Program-made: the position numbers and the translations under genes
From: the human T2T-CHM13v2.0 reference genome, Homo sapiens
Direction: 5' to 3' (one strand)
Assembly (NCBI RefSeq): GCF_009914755.1
Contig: NC_060929.1
DNA length: 64,000 nt
Shown here: in pieces, positions 13,419-39,047 of the stretch
How the letters are laid out: the number at the start of each line of letters is the position of its first letter
Numbering within the stretch: position 1 is the stretch's first letter
The notes under the pieces: generated by a model
What the model was told of the DNA's origin: nothing
Databases searched by the model: none
Seen by the model: the letters and a program-made list of their open reading frames with translations, nothing else

Positions 13419-16039
13419 CTGGTTAGGGAGAAAGGGTCAAGAAAAAAAAATCACTGGTGACATTTAATTACTAAGATTAAGAACTATCAAACCTTATTAG
13501 TGGTATTTTGACTAATATTAACGAAGATCAAGTTATTTCAGCTAATTTAAAAAATATTTATGAAACACATTCCAGCTTCTGTACCAGGTATGGAAGATCA
13601 AAAGATAAATAAGACATTTATAAGTTTACAAAGAATAAACTGCTAGAAATGTAAAAATAATCTTTAAAGTCCTTCTTTGCTTTAAAATTCTATGATTTTA
13701 AGAAATCCCTGACTTAAGTGAAATGAAACCAAGCTGACAAGTGCCTTCAGTGACAGGAAGTGATATTCTAGGAAGTGATTACGATGTTAAATAAATTCAT
13801 TACTTCTATTATTCTCTCTGTAAATAATTATTATTTAAAGTCAAGATCTCTCTTTTGCTCAGCTCAACTCCTTAGTCTTTCCACATAAATGCTTTGTTCT
13901 TGGTTTGGAAGATTTGAGGATTTTTTAGGGTTTTTTTGTTGCTTTTTAGTGAAGATGCTTGAAATGCACAGGTAAAGCTTGTCTTATGGCATGAAAAATG
14001 AGCTGTGATAGTCTGCTATAGCTTCTCTCTCCTTTTTATATCCCATTCACCATATCACAGGGACAATCACCAAATTCTGTAGAGTAGAAGATATTCTGAA
14101 CATAAACACTATCAAAAGGAATAACCTGTCATACAGGATTATTCATCACCATATTATACTAAAATTCACCATCTTATTATACTAACGCAACAAAGTAGTA
14201 TAAATAATCACATCATAAGCATGTCAAATAATTTACTGTTAATGTCATCCACAAGTTTGTAAATAATTTTTAATGACTCAGAATCAATTTAAAGTTGTCC
14301 CCATAATATTGCTTTCACTCAAATTCAGGCTTTTTTTTTTTTTCAGTATGAGAGAAAGAAGTGGTGTTAAAGAGAGCCAGCTATGAATGACATATAACTG
14401 GCCCCTTATAATTAACAGATGCTATGTGAGCATCTGTTCTAATGGATTTTTTACCCCTTTATGAGATAACAAAATCCCACTATTTCAGTCATGAAATACT
14501 TTCCTTAACACTCCAAACTGAGTTTCATGTTCAAATTTCTTATCTTCAGTTTCAAAGTTCAGTGCCTTCACTGGCTCAGACAATTCCAATACTCAGTTCT
14601 TATTTCAAAATCCTTTGAGTACATCTACTACTGGTAGAACCAAGATTATTCAGGAGACATGAAATTGATCAAATACAGTCTGACAGTCTTTTAATAATTT
14701 TTAAATACAGAACTACCTATCTTTTTAACAGAATGGACCTGTTAAATTTAGGTAACTAGCTAAAAATCACAAAGAGTTATTTTTAAATCCATGCCTATCA
14801 TTTATTCTTATTTTAAAATGTAACATATAAAAGATCCGGAGATTAAAAAGAAAATGATCATTTTTAAAATAAAAATAGATTTCCTATGCTTAATTATCTA
14901 CATTTTCTCAATCAGATTAGTAAATAGTACCTTGAATATCAAAAATAGTTGCTGGAAATAAATCTTTAGCAGCTTATGTTTCTGGGCCTATTGATTTCTT
15001 TTTATTTGTATAGTGATGGTGGGGAGGGCAGGACTCAAGGTCTTAAGTGTTCTTTGGTATAAAACATCAATTTCTATTGATTCTTTAAACTTAAAATTGC
15101 ATTTAGAAGACAGCAAGTTTAAAATACATACTTTTTTTCTAACCCTAATTTTTAACTTCTTATGATTGTTTTATCATGTTTGACTTTCATGAGTTCACAA
15201 TGAGAGATGACTGAGAACAGCTGAGAGTTTAGAAATGGGATATAGAGCATTTAACCTCAAACTTTAATTCAATCAGTAGGGAACAAAAGTTAAATCTAAA
15301 TAAGGCTCAATAGTAATGCATGAAATCACAGTCAATTTTTTATTGCTGCAAGGTCAATTACCTGGTTGGTAGATTATTCAGGCCTTCTATTCTTATATAT
15401 ATTCTATTGCTACCATTTTTTTTTTTTTTTTGCCATTTCAGTATTTATTACTACCTCCCCTAAAGAGGAAACATTAAGCTTTAAAATACAAACCAGTATA
15501 ACTTTGACACATATTAGTACCTGTCATAAAAAAACTAATAAAGGGTTGAGATATCATTCACAAATTACAATTACCCATCCTATTATGATGGATAACAAAA
15601 AACTAGCTATACTTTATCAGTTTATCTTAAACTAAATCCTAGTCAGTCAAGCATACACTTCAACCATCTCCAAATCAGAAATGGAAATACAACCCAAGAA
15701 TTCCTAATTGTAAGGTATAGTGTAACTGCTGAAAAGAAGTAATGAACTATAAAATAAAAAAAGGATTAAAATGTCAATAAAGTTTAAGCTATTCTATCCA
15801 ATGGAAGAATAGTAATATTGCCAGATAACATTTTACATACTAATTTTTAAAAACATTCTAAAGTAACAGAAAGCAAAAACTTAAGCCTAAAGATAAGATT
15901 TTGAGAGAAATGTTTCTTTACCGATTAGCAAAAAATGTATTCAGTGTGATTCCGTGCTAGGAGTTAGGGAAATGTGAAGACACCTTACATGTGGTTCTTG
16001 CTTTGAGATCTTAAAACTTTATGATTGTTTAGAAATGTA

Positions 16040-16205
16040 CCGTATTTCATCAAATCTAAGACATCAATTGTAAGACACTCTTATTTTATTTACCATTAAG
16101 GAAAACATACTGCCAATTACAATTGAAACACACAATTATATGATGTGTCCAAATTTTAGAGATGTCAAAATAGAAAAAAATATGCTTCTTAGAATCATGA
16201 ACTCT
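16040..16205. mobile_element. MER104-like TcMar MITE
   Basis: TA|CCGTATTTCATCAAATCTAAGAC with degenerate inverted end TCTTAGAATCATGAA. Confidence 0.5.
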
Positions 16206-16569
16206 AAGAATTACCATATTTATTGATCTTTATCTTTATAACATGGCACTTGCCAGTCTAATGAATCTCTGATTATCTCTGGCAGGTTTTAAGTGCTAAA
16301 GAAATGCTTGTTGAATGAATAAGTGAATGCATAAGCAAACATTTAAGTGTTCAAGGGCTCTGTGAAATAGATTGATTAATGATGGCAATGTAACCCCATA
16401 TTTTCCTTTTATCATAATTAATGTAAATATACTACCACAAAAAATAGAAACTTAAAAATTTAAAACCCAGAATCCCTACCACACAAAAATAAATTTCTAT
16501 ATTTTTTCATATTCCTGTCCAATTCTTATCCATATACTTCAGGTTTTTTCTTTAACTTAAAACCAAGTC

Positions 16570-16645
16570 CAAGATCACACCACTCTCCAGCCTGGACAAC
16601 AGAGCAAGACTCCATCTCAAAAAAAACACAAAAAACAAAAAAAAC
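16570..16645 (+). mobile_element. 5'-truncated Alu (3' end only)
   Basis: CCAAGATCACACCACTCTCCAGCCTGGACAACAGAGCAAGACTCC plus A-rich tail; TSD approximately AAAACCAAGT. Confidence 0.85.
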
Positions 16646-17399
16646 CCAAGTTGTTAAAAATACTCCTTGAGACTACACAATTAAATGACTAAGCAAAACT
16701 TACATTCATGAAAAACAAGTTCAACAAGGTGAAACATGGTTTAACAAAGACCTATGGCAGACCTCCTAGAATGTTTCATCCTCTCATCCCCTAATTATGA
16801 GAACTAAATTTATTATGATAGTCCATAAGTCACTCGGTAATTCAATACTTACTAAGCACTAACTATATAGATGCTTAAACCTAAGAATAAAGATCAAGAG
16901 ATTGTTCTTGCCATTCAAGAACTCACAGTCCAACATTACCATGTGATGCTATAGGGTCTAGATCATGAGTCCTTAGAGAATTCTCACTTACAACCATCTT
17001 AATGTATAAAAATAATTCCCTCTAAACATCTTCTCTTTGAACATCTCTGAGAAAGTATTCTCTCGTTCCTTCCAACAGTGGGCTGAAAACTACAGCAAAG
17101 CTTAATAAAGATTTGTAAAAAATAAATTGTTTTCACAATAATTCTTATGTCCAATAGCTAAATGCTCATTTAATAGTTCTTACTCATGTGAAGGCCTTTC
17201 AACTAAGTGAAGGTCCCAAAAATTCAAATGTTACCTTAAAGGACATAAAAAGTATAGTCCATAAACCTGAACCATAAATCTTCCTGTATTCAATGTCTAC
17301 ATAAGGCACTGAAAAAATAAAAATCTTAATACGACATTATTATGGCAGTACAGGCACCCCAGTGGTTAACTTTCCACCTAACCTGCAAGTACTTTCTAA

Positions 17400-18250
17400 T
17401 GCATGATAAAACTAAAATACTATACAGTTTCCATGATCATCTCATCATTTTTTTGTACAGTAAGACGCAGGATCTAAATAAGGTCTATATAGCACAACTG
17501 CTTGATATATCTCTAAAGTCTCTTTTTTCTATGGTTTTGTTCTCCATCTTTTTCTTCCTTGCAATCTTTTTGTTGAAAAAAGTTGTCTCTCTTCAACCCA
17601 AATGTCTATCAATGATAGACTGGATTAAGAAAATGTGGCACATATACACCATGGAATACTATGCAGCCATAAAAAGGGATGAGTTCACGTCCTTTGTAGG
17701 GACATGGATGAAACTGGAAACCATCATTCTCAGCAAACTATCGCCAAGGACAAAAAACCAAACACCACATGTTCTCACTCATAGGTGGGAACTGAAGAAT
17801 GAGAACACTTGGACACAGGAAGGGGAACATCACACACCAGGGCCTGTCGTGGGGTGGGGGTAGGGGGGAGGGATAGCATTAGGAGACATACCTAATGTAA
17901 ATGATGAGTTAATCGGTGCAGCACACCAACACGGCACATGTATACATATGTAACAAACCTGCATGTTGTGCACATGTACCCTAGTTGTCTCTCCTGTATA
18001 ATTCTCACAGCCCAGATTTTGCTGACTACTTTCCTCTGTTGTCATCTAACATGCACCTCTGTATTCTGTATTTTTAGAAAACTGATCCTTAAATCTACAG
18101 ACTTAATCCAATTCAAATCTGACTCTTTGGTAAGACCATTTCATAAGCAGTTTGTATACTCCATTAGGAAACAAATTTCTGGCAGTCATTTTTGCGTGTG
18201 TGTGATGTTAACACCCATCAATAATCACTGCCTGAAGTCATTATTACATT
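17400..18250 (-). mobile_element. Old L1MC-like fragment interrupted by a young L1 fragment
   Basis: Colinear similarity with 30960-31345; L1MC4/5-like motifs (GGATCTAAATAAGG, TTTGTTGAA). Confidence 0.6.
17592..17982 (+). mobile_element. L1PA (PA5-like) 3' fragment lacking a poly(A) tail (L1-a)
   Basis: ORF2 C-terminus plus 3'UTR; 11-bp TSD AGTTGTCTCTC at 17581-17591 and 17983-17993. Confidence 0.92.
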
Positions 18251-18278
18251 TACAATAAAATAACATTGAAAAAATGCT

Positions 18279-23054
<4,776 letters not shown>

Positions 23055-23410
23055 ATCACAATTTTCATTTAAAGTATATGTTTGTATGCTAGAACTACTT
23101 GAAGAAAATTAGAGAAGCATCCAGATAGGGACTTGTAAAGGAGTTGAAGGAAACGTCAAAGCATTTTCAGGAGCCATAGATGCTGACGCAACCAATTCCT
23201 TAATTAGATCTACTTCAACAATTTCTTTTCCTTAAAAAAGAATGTATTATATTAACATGACTCTAACATCTAAAAGTCTAAGGTCCTTTTTTAGCTCACA
23301 AACAAAGATTGCATAGTTCCCATGGTTATTTGCAAAGGTAAAACATTTGGTAAGTTCTTCCCTTCCCAAATCACAGATAGAAAGCTAAACTACACATCAA
23401 GATTACAGTA

Positions 23411-29446
<6,036 letters not shown>

Positions 29447-29585
29447 AAGATTACAGTATTAGAATACCAAAAAAATCTGTGTGACTTCTATTAGGTGAAC
29501 CTCCATTCCCCTGCACTCAAGTTTCCATGGAGGACTCCCACTACTAGAGAAACATTCTTGGTCTCTCTCTGCCCCACTTGCTTGA

Positions 29586-29914
<329 letters not shown>

Positions 29915-30112
29915 CCCTTGTGGGTTTTCTGAAGATTCATCTGTTCACAGAGAGGGAACATACTGGTCTGCTCTTATTTTTGAGGTAAGCCTGTATCTGA
30001 ATGGGAGGCTGGCAACTCTTCAGTTGCCCCAGGGATTCATTGAAATAGTCTACTTGACTCAGGGTGAAGTGTTAAGGAAATCCACTGTGGGTACATATTA
30101 AAGCCACATCCT

Positions 30113-30473
<361 letters not shown>

Positions 30474-31749
30474 TCATGTTCATCTGTATGATTCCTACAA
30501 CTATTCTCAATAAATTCTGTTCTCAAAGAGAAACAAGGGTGGTTCTCCACTGAACACTCAGAACACTAGCAATATCTAAGAAAACATTTTATTTCACAGA
30601 GGCATAAATACCTTTTAAATTGGCATTTTTATTTCCTCTATTTCAAATACAGATAGTTAACTTTTCATTACGGAGAATTTAAATATATACAAAAGTGGAG
30701 AGAAGGGCATTATAATAAAAAGCCACATGTACTCATTGCCTGTCTCTAGTAATTATCAATTTATGGCCACTAGTGTCTTATCTGCACCCAGTCCAACCCC
30801 TCTGTAAATTATTTTGAAGCAAATCCTAGTCACTGTATTTCATTTTGTCAGTATTTCAGAATGCATCTCTAAGGACTCTTTTACATCACACCTAAGTTAA
30901 CATTTACTTCCTTAATGTCATCAAATACCCAGTCAATGATCAAATTTAGCTGATCGTAATTTTTTAAACAGTTAGAAGGATCCAAATAAGGCTTCTATAG
31001 TACACTTGGTTGATTTATCTCTAATATCTCTTTTATTCTAATGATTTTTTTCTCCATCTGTTTTTCCTTGTAATTTATTTGTTGAAAAAAAAATTCACCT
31101 GTCTTGTCGAGTTCTCACAGTCTGGGTTTTTTTTCCTGTGCTGTTATCCAACATGCACCTCTGTCCTCTGTATTTTTTGTTAATTGATAGTTAAATCTAG
31201 AGACTAAATAAGATCCATATCTGACTTTTTGGTAAGACCACCCCAAAGGCAGATTGTATACTCCATCCGGAAATATAATTTCTGGCTATCTTGTGTGTGT
31301 ATGTGTATATGTTATGATTTAGGCCATCTAAATTCATTATTTCATTTGAAGGGGTTCAGAGCACATAACCCCAAACTATGCCACTCTGACATAATGATTA
31401 TTTTCAGCTTAAGGCAACTGAGAAAATGCAGGCACAGAATGAGCTCTGTCCTCCCCACATCTACCTGAAAAAAAAAAAAAAAAAGCACACATCACCCTTG
31501 GGAAAGTGCCCCCGGAACCTCCACCCCCACTCCCATACCAGGAGGGGGATAACAACCTTTATCACAGATGAGATGGCACCAAGAGTTTACACAAACCAAC
31601 CTCACTAATGAGCCCTTCTCTACCAGCAGTTTCCATCATATATTTGCCTTCTCACAATTTGCCACCCCAAGAAACTCAAAGTCCATTTCCTTTGTCTTGT
31701 CACTCAACAAATTTCTTGTTCTGCTAAGATGCTATATAAGCTGAAGTTT

Positions 31750-32046
31750 TATTTTTCTTTTTTGAGACAGGGTCTTACTCAGTCATCCAGGCTACAGTCA
31801 GTGGCCCCGATCACAGCTCACTGCAGCCTCAACCTCCTGAGCTAAGGTGATCCTCCCACCTCAGCCTCCCAAGTAGCTTGGACCACAGGTGTGCACCACC
31901 ACACCCAGCTAATTTTTGTATTTTTTAATAGAGACATGGTTTTGCCATGTTGCCCACGCTAGCCTCAAACTCCTGAGCTCAAGGAATCCTCCCATCTCAG
32001 CCTCCCAAAGTGTTAGGATTACAGGGCTGAGTCACCGTGCCCAGCC
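31750..32046 (-). mobile_element. AluJ nested in the LTR
   Basis: Full dimer with AluJ diagnostics (GATCACAGCTCACTGCAGCCTCAACCTCC). Confidence 0.9.
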
Positions 32047-32086
32047 TAAGCCCAAGTTTTAACCACCCCTACGAGTTACCTGAATA

Positions 32087-32089
<3 letters not shown>

Positions 32090-32127
<38 letters not shown>
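32090..32127. repeat. (TG)n microsatellite
   Basis: About 19 perfect dinucleotide units. Confidence 0.97.
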
Positions 32128-32130
<3 letters not shown>

Positions 32131-33356
32131 CAACGTATGCATTGATATACTTCTTTTTCGCTCATTAACCTGTCTTTTGTATGTCTAAGTTGTAGAGCCC
32201 TGATCAATGAATCTAAGATAGGTAGAAGAAAAGTGTTTTCCTCCTCTACACATTAGAGGTTGCAAAATTACAATATTCTAATTCTATCATTCTTCCTAGC
32301 TTGAATTCTTCAGAGAAATTTCTTCTCGTCAATTATTACTGATCCCAAGACACAGTTTATATAAGAAAGGCAGTATAGATTTTGACTCTGCCCTTTTATT
32401 TACCGATTTTCAACAGAATGAGTTAGTTCCCCAGCATTCTCCAAAGGTGAGTTCTCTTTTTTAAGTATCATTATGAACACATGGATTTAAACATATGTGA
32501 TATGTTGCAATTCATTGCAGTTACTTCCTGTATCTATGCTCAAGTTGCCAGATGGATTTTTAAAGCTACATTTGAAAGATGTTCAAGAAAATAATTTTCA
32601 AATGCCTAGAGTAAGGGTATTTTGTAGTTGAGAGAGACTGATTTTATCTAGAAATTAGAGTTTTACTGCTAAGATGACAAATTTGAAACTGAAATACTGT
32701 TAGACACTTGCTGTCCTTATCCTAAAATTTGATTCTATGCTAATGCATGAAGCAGCAATTACCGTTTCACTCACTCCTGTCATCCTCCCAAACCCTGCAA
32801 CATCTTATCCAACTAAACAAAACTCAGCTACAGCTCCAAAACACAAGCTGAAAGGACAAAATTATTAGAAATAAGGAGAAAAGCAGCAAGGGTGGCACAC
32901 GCATCTGTGTGATGACACTGCCGAAATTCCCCGCTTGATTCAGGGCACGATGCAAAACAACAGAAATTCAATCAACACATTCACCACACATGGTGGATTA
33001 GGGGCCTTTAGAAATAGAAAAGCTATTTGGTTAACAGATTTTAGTAAAATTTACTATAATAAAGTTGTCTAAAGTCAACGTCACACTGGATATAAGTGCT
33101 TTAAAAAAATGCCAGATATGGAGTCTGTTATTAATATTGTAGCTGCTGGAATTTGTGATAAAAAGGATTCTGGTTATACCCTTTTTTCCAGGCATAAGTA
33201 CGTTAATAGCTCTAAAAATATTAACTTTTTCAAGCCATCAAATAACTATTAACCAATGGCATACTTACAGTTTCTTAAAAAGCTGCCCAAAGACATAGCC
33301 AATGAGTATGTTCATGCAAGTTAAAAATAAAATAGACCAACTTACAACTATGGAAG

Positions 33357-33825
33357 TGTGGCAGACGCCAATACCTGCCTTCCAGACCCCCTTTCAAGAC
33401 AGGACTCACTGCCCAGCTGTGAGGAATATAGTTATCTGACTGCCTCCAGCTGTTGACTTCAGGATCCATTTCTGCCTTCAAGCCAAAGTTATACTAGCTC
33501 AATCGGCTCCTAGTCACTGGGATTTAAGCAAGATAGTAGAAGCCAGGTGCATGTTCTTCATGAAGGACCCTCAGCAAATAACTAAGCAAGGCAATAGTAC
33601 AAAGCCCTAGTTATTTACATCCAGTAGAGAACTCTTAAAAAGCAGCCTTTCCTCCAGCGGTCCCCATTGGGCTGGCAGAAACTTTGTCACATCTGCATCA
33701 GAGTCTGAGACAGCTCCCCTTATCCAATTCTGCTTCCTCCCTTCTCCTTTCATTGGCTTTCTCTCTTATAAACCTATTGCATGCTTAGTGTCTCCATTTT
33801 AGTGTCTCCTTCCCAGGGAACCCAG
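33357..33825 (+). mobile_element. LTR16-like ERVL LTR
   Basis: TGTGGCAGAC...CCAGACCCCCTTTCAAG start and CCCAGGGAACCCA end. Confidence 0.55.
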
Positions 33826-34991
33826 GTACTAGAAGGATCTATACTGACTATCTGTTTCCCAGGGAACCCAGATCCTAGGATCTAAACTATACTGATTTCT
33901 GTTCTCTGAAGGTTAGTGTATAAGAAAGAATATGTTTAGCTTGAGAATATTTCCTTTAAAATGAGCATATTGTTCATTTTTAGTGGATTATCAAGCTATA
34001 CTGAGTTTATTTACTTTCTTGTGAATGTACAGCTTCACCAACCATCCTAGAGGCACATTTTGTTCTCCAATCTGGCACTTCATCATGGGTCATCTGATTC
34101 CTTTCCAGTCATGATCACCATCCTACATAACCTTGTCTGTTTCCTGAAGGAGCAAGGAATGGTCAAATGAGCAACGGAGAAAACTCTTCTTAAAATGTGT
34201 TATGAACTCAGTTTAGTTTAATGTGTCAAACGCTAGAGTATTACATGAAATTTTAGCACAGCCCATTTTTTGGAAGACTTTTGCTGAGGCTTAACCTTCT
34301 TTAGTGATCTCTCATCAATACGACCCTCACTTCATGTTCAAAAAATACTAAAGAAGAAAAGAAAAGGCAGCTGTCTGTTAGGTTATACAGGATTTATTGG
34401 GTATCTTCAAAAACCAATCCGAGAAAATTTTCCACTCACTGATTTTAGCTGAGCCACTGAGAAAACAAGAAAATCCTTCTGCAAAATTTTCAATAAGATG
34501 ATATTATCTAAAGACTTGAAGCGTGAAACCTGGATTATAACAGCTGACCAAAAAAAACCCAGAGTGTAATGTCTTCAAAAACTAAGAAACAAAAAAAGGA
34601 TAATGATATAAAATTTTAAAACTGGAAAGGTATTTCTCTAATTTGACAATGCATAATGTACATATGCAATGGTAAAGATAATTCTAAACTATTAAGAGTA
34701 AAAACATTCGGTTAATTCTGTTCATAATGTTTATACTTTGTAGATTTTCCTGTGTCCTTCTTACGAAGATGACTCTTTCGGTTTTTCTTTTTTAGTACAC
34801 TACAGAATTAAATTTTTAAAAACAACATACAGACTGAAAGTTCTACAGGTCAGCAAATGACCGAAAAACTTCATAGTTGATTATATGTAAATTTGATGAC
34901 TTTTCAAAGAATTAAATGTGAATCATGAAGTCATATCATCACTGTATTACAAAAGCCAAAAAGCAGGCTTCTTCATCTATCTTAGACTCAC

Positions 34992-35513
34992 TGTGGTAGA
35001 TCACAAACTGGCCACAAATTATTCCCCCTCCCAATATTGCCACCACCATTAGCAATAGGACTTAGTTACTTCTACCATGAGAGGTCAAGTTTATTTACCC
35101 ACTCACTGAATTTGTGCCAGCTCCTAACTTGCTTTGGCTGACGAAACAGCAGCAAACACGAGGCAAGCTGAGACTTGAAAAGTGTCTTACTTTGGGGCTT
35201 GCCCTTCTGCTGCTATTAGAACTCCATGATCATTATGTGAACAAGCACCTGAAAAACCACATGGAGGGAGACCACAGTCATTTCAGCTGAGACCTTCAGC
35301 TGAAATGAACCAGCCAGCCCCCGCCAATCTACCAGCTGACAGAGGCATAAGTGAATCTAGCCAAGATCAGTTGCTCCTGGTGCAAAGACAGACTCACCCA
35401 GCTGAGCCTAGCCCGAATTGCCATCCTGCAGAATAATGAGCTAAATAGATGGGGTTGTGTTAAGCCACTAAGTTTGGTGTGACAGCTGACAGAGCATATA
35501 GGTAACTAACATA
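34992..35513 (+). mobile_element. MLT1 (F/G-like) MaLR LTR
   Basis: TGTGGTAGA start; CCAGCTGAGCCTAGCCC and TAAGCCACTAAGTTTGG near the end. Confidence 0.75.
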
Positions 35514-36098
35514 CCCACATATGGCTTTTTACTCTTTACAGAATATTTACTCTATCATTAAACAACTAAAGTATATGTGAGCACCACTGTGGGGAAAATT
35601 AAACCAAATATATGTCAGCATTTGTACACTAACCATTATTCTATAGGCTGGCCTCTTCTACAGAGTCCTCTTCTAACTATGGGATAGGAATAGCCAAGAG
35701 GATATTTCACAGAGGAAAGACAGCAATGAACATGATCTCTTAACAATTTATACAAATATTTAAAGTCCACAACCTGATCACATACTGTGTATTTATTATT
35801 TAACTTTCCTGGACAAAATAACTTTAGGATTCCTTAACACCCAAGTATTAGTGATTATAAGAAATTATCAGATTTTCTTTAATCTAGCAACTTACTAGGG
35901 TAAAATATAGCGCAAGAAAACTTTAGCTGTCCAAAATCTTACCTTTCCAGAAATAATTAGTTCCCCACAAAAATGACCACTTTAATAAATGGAGTGTCTC
36001 TCAGGACATAGCAACAAGTAACATTGCCAAAAAAAAGGCTGCAGATGATTGTTTAACATGCCATGATTTGGTTGACTTGCATCACAACAGGAAAACAG

Positions 36099-36875
36099 TG
36101 ATGACAGGCCAGTAATATATATGAGACAAATCTTTTCAAGCAAAAGTTAAGAAGCATGGTACTGTTTAATAACTTTGCTGGACTTTGTCTCTGGTTCCTA
36201 GAAGGGAGTCTCTAAATCCTTGGAATTTTCCAAGTGGTAAGAATGTCTTCATTATTCATGGTGGGTCCCTTGGACCACACCTAAGTTTATACTAAAGGAA
36301 CAACTCACAGTGGGCCCTGAGATAACATCAGGAAAGGGGCTGGCCAAGGTGGAAAAATGAACCACATGATTTAAAGGTTTGGGCTTTCTGCTACCAGTCA
36401 CGGTGGGGAGGGTGGGGACTGAAGATTGAGTTCAATTATGTGACCAATGATTCAAACAATCATGCCTACTAATGAAAGCTCTGGACACCCAAAGCTCAAG
36501 TGTGCTCATTCATTGGTGATACACACTGATGTTCCAAGAGGGCGAGGAGTCTTGAGACATGGAAGCTTTGCATGTGGGACCCCCTAGGCCTTGCCCTATA
36601 TACATCCTCTCATTTGGCCGGTCCTAATTTGTATCTTTTATAATAAAACTGTAATCCTGTGTATAGTGCTTTCCTCAGTTCTGTGAGTCCTTCTAGTGAA
36701 TTATCAGACCTGAGGGAACAGCAGGAACTTGTAGCCAGCAGCTGGAAATGCAAGTGGCCTACAAACCCATACATGGCTTGCAGCTAGTGTCTCCAGTGAG
36801 GGGTGCTGTATAGACTATGCCCTTCATCTGTGGAATCTGACCTAAGTCCAGGTAATGTCAGAACTGCACTGCACA
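36099..36875. mobile_element. MER21-like LTR
   Basis: CTTTGTCTCTGGTTCCT and GCTTTCCTCAGTTCTGTGAGTCCTTCTAGTGAATTATC motifs. Confidence 0.65.
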
Positions 36876-36889
36876 TGGTAAAGCAACTA

Positions 36890-37070
<181 letters not shown>

Positions 37071-38058
37071 AGCAGAGAAAAGACAAGGTTAATAGACAGC
37101 AGAAGTGGTGGTCAGAGTTAGGAATAATTACAGTAACACTCATCCATGGAGTGAAAAAAAACAGCAAAGGCAAAAGACAAAATTAGAGATGAAAGTGGAA
37201 AAACTAGTAGAGACAACAGAAATGAGGTTGGGGGATTAGGACGGCATTCAATGTGGATGCTTAGTAGTCTGGAGAGTCATTCATTCACTCAGCCACCATC
37301 TATGAATTATCTGCTACATGTAAGGCACTGTACTAGGTACTAAGAAAACATGGTGAATAAGAAAAACATAGCCTCATTCTCATGAAGCTTACATTTTAGA
37401 GAGGACGAAAATATTGAATTACACCACTAATTATGTAATTATTATGGTGAAACATGCTATAAAAGATATACAGTTGAATATGGGCTTAATATACATATAT
37501 ACATATCAGTAATAGTCTACAGTCCTAAAGCCTATACACCTTCACCTCTATTTGCAAATATATTAAACATAATTATTATACATGTTAGCAAGGAAGTACA
37601 GAATAATGTACATTTTCAAGTGGTTTCATCAATAACAAAAACTTTGGATTAAACTTACCTTCCACTAAAAATAAAACATTCCTGGTAGGTACCTGATACT
37701 TAAACACTTAGCATATTTGTTTCTCAAATACAAGTTCTCCTTAATATACTGTTATAACTCCTACCCAAATTTTAAAGTCATACACTTCTTTTAAACTATT
37801 AAGAATATTTCTGAGAATGCAAACAAACAAACATAACCCTCAAATCACCAGACACGACACCCTGACTTTGGGCAAAAAAGACTCTAGATACATATTTCAT
37901 CGAGATGCAGAGGCCAATTTCAATTTCTACTAAATGTTACTAATGATCACAGTTTTTAAATTTTTAGAAAAGATGTATTAATTTTAAAGGTGTTTAACAT
38001 AAAATTCCCTAAAACCTCTTCCCAAACAATAGTCAATTAGACCACTATAGCTTCTTAC

Positions 38059-38174
38059 CTGTAGTCATCTAACTGTACCAGAAATCGTACAATATCATGA
38101 TGAGCCTTCAGTACTAGCAGTTCAGTGTAGGGATTCTGGGTTTGTTCTTCACCTATTGTCTGTAAAGGAGATTT
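38059..38174 (-). CDS. WDR41: WDR41 coding exon 2 (KSPLQTIGEEQTQNPYTELLVLKAHHDIVRFLVQLDDYR)
   Basis: T-rich tract then CAATACAAG|AAATCT acceptor; CAG|GTAAGA donor; 116 nt. The peptide is visible in ORF 38055..38282. Confidence 0.97.
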
Positions 38175-38659
38175 CTTGTATTGAAAAAAAAAAAAAAGCA
38201 AAAAACAAAAGACAAAAAAAGAGATAAAATGATTTGTAAGACCATATTGGAATATAACTCCATGGTATACATCTGAGAACACAAGATTTTAAAAGCCTTA
38301 AGGTATCATGTTCTACTACTAAATATTATTTCTTCTTTTATCAACTAAATAACTGCCAGTTCCACATAAAACACTTCTCCTACCACAAATTCGAATCATG
38401 AATTTTAGTATTTTCAAATCACAATAAATTTACAAAAAGGGTGAATTTTATTTTATGTAAATTGTATCCTATTAAACCTCACTTTAAAAAAAGTAATGGG
38501 CCAATCCAACTCAACATTTTAGAATGCATGTTTCTCAGTTAAAATGTGGCAGAAACAAAACTGCAAATCAAAGACATAAAATAGTGAAACAGTGCCTCAT
38601 CCATTACAAGCACTCAATACATGCTTGCTAAATGAATAAATGAAGGCATGAAATCAACT

Positions 38660-39047
38660 CTGGATTTCTCAAACTTGATGCTGACATTTTGGGCTAGAGA
38701 ATTTTTTTTTTTCGCACCACACGCCCAACTAATTTTTGTATTTTTAGTAGAGACAGGTTTTCACCACGTTGGCGAGACTGGTCTTGAATTCCTGACCTCA
38801 AGTGATTCGCCCGCCTCGGCCTCCCAAAGTGCTGGGATTACAGGAGTAAGCCACCGCGCCCAGCCCAGATAATTCTTTGTTGTTGAGAACTGTCCTGTGC
38901 ATTACAGGACATTGAGCAGCATCCCTGGTCTATACACATTAGATGCCAATAGAACTGCCCCTCTGCAAGGCATGACAATCAAAAATGTCTCCAGACATTG
39001 CCAAATGTCTCCTGCGGGGCAAAAATCACCCCAGTTGAGAACCACTG
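38660..39047. mobile_element. MER20 (hAT-Charlie) containing a partial minus-strand Alu (38702-38866)
   Basis: AAAAATGTCTCCAGACATTGCCAAATGTC...TTGAGAACCACTG; Alu left arm inserted. Confidence 0.8.

Larger units (their letters stand above)
31347..32250 (+). mobile_element. ERV1-class solo LTR (subfamily not assigned)
   Basis: TG...CA termini and 4-bp TSD CATT (31343-31346, 32251-32254); contains an AluJ and a (TG)n run. Confidence 0.75.
30650..32550 (-). mobile_element. Old L1MC-like element interrupted by an LTR and an Alu
   Basis: L1MC4/5-like 3' sequence that resumes after the LTR at 32251. Confidence 0.6.
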
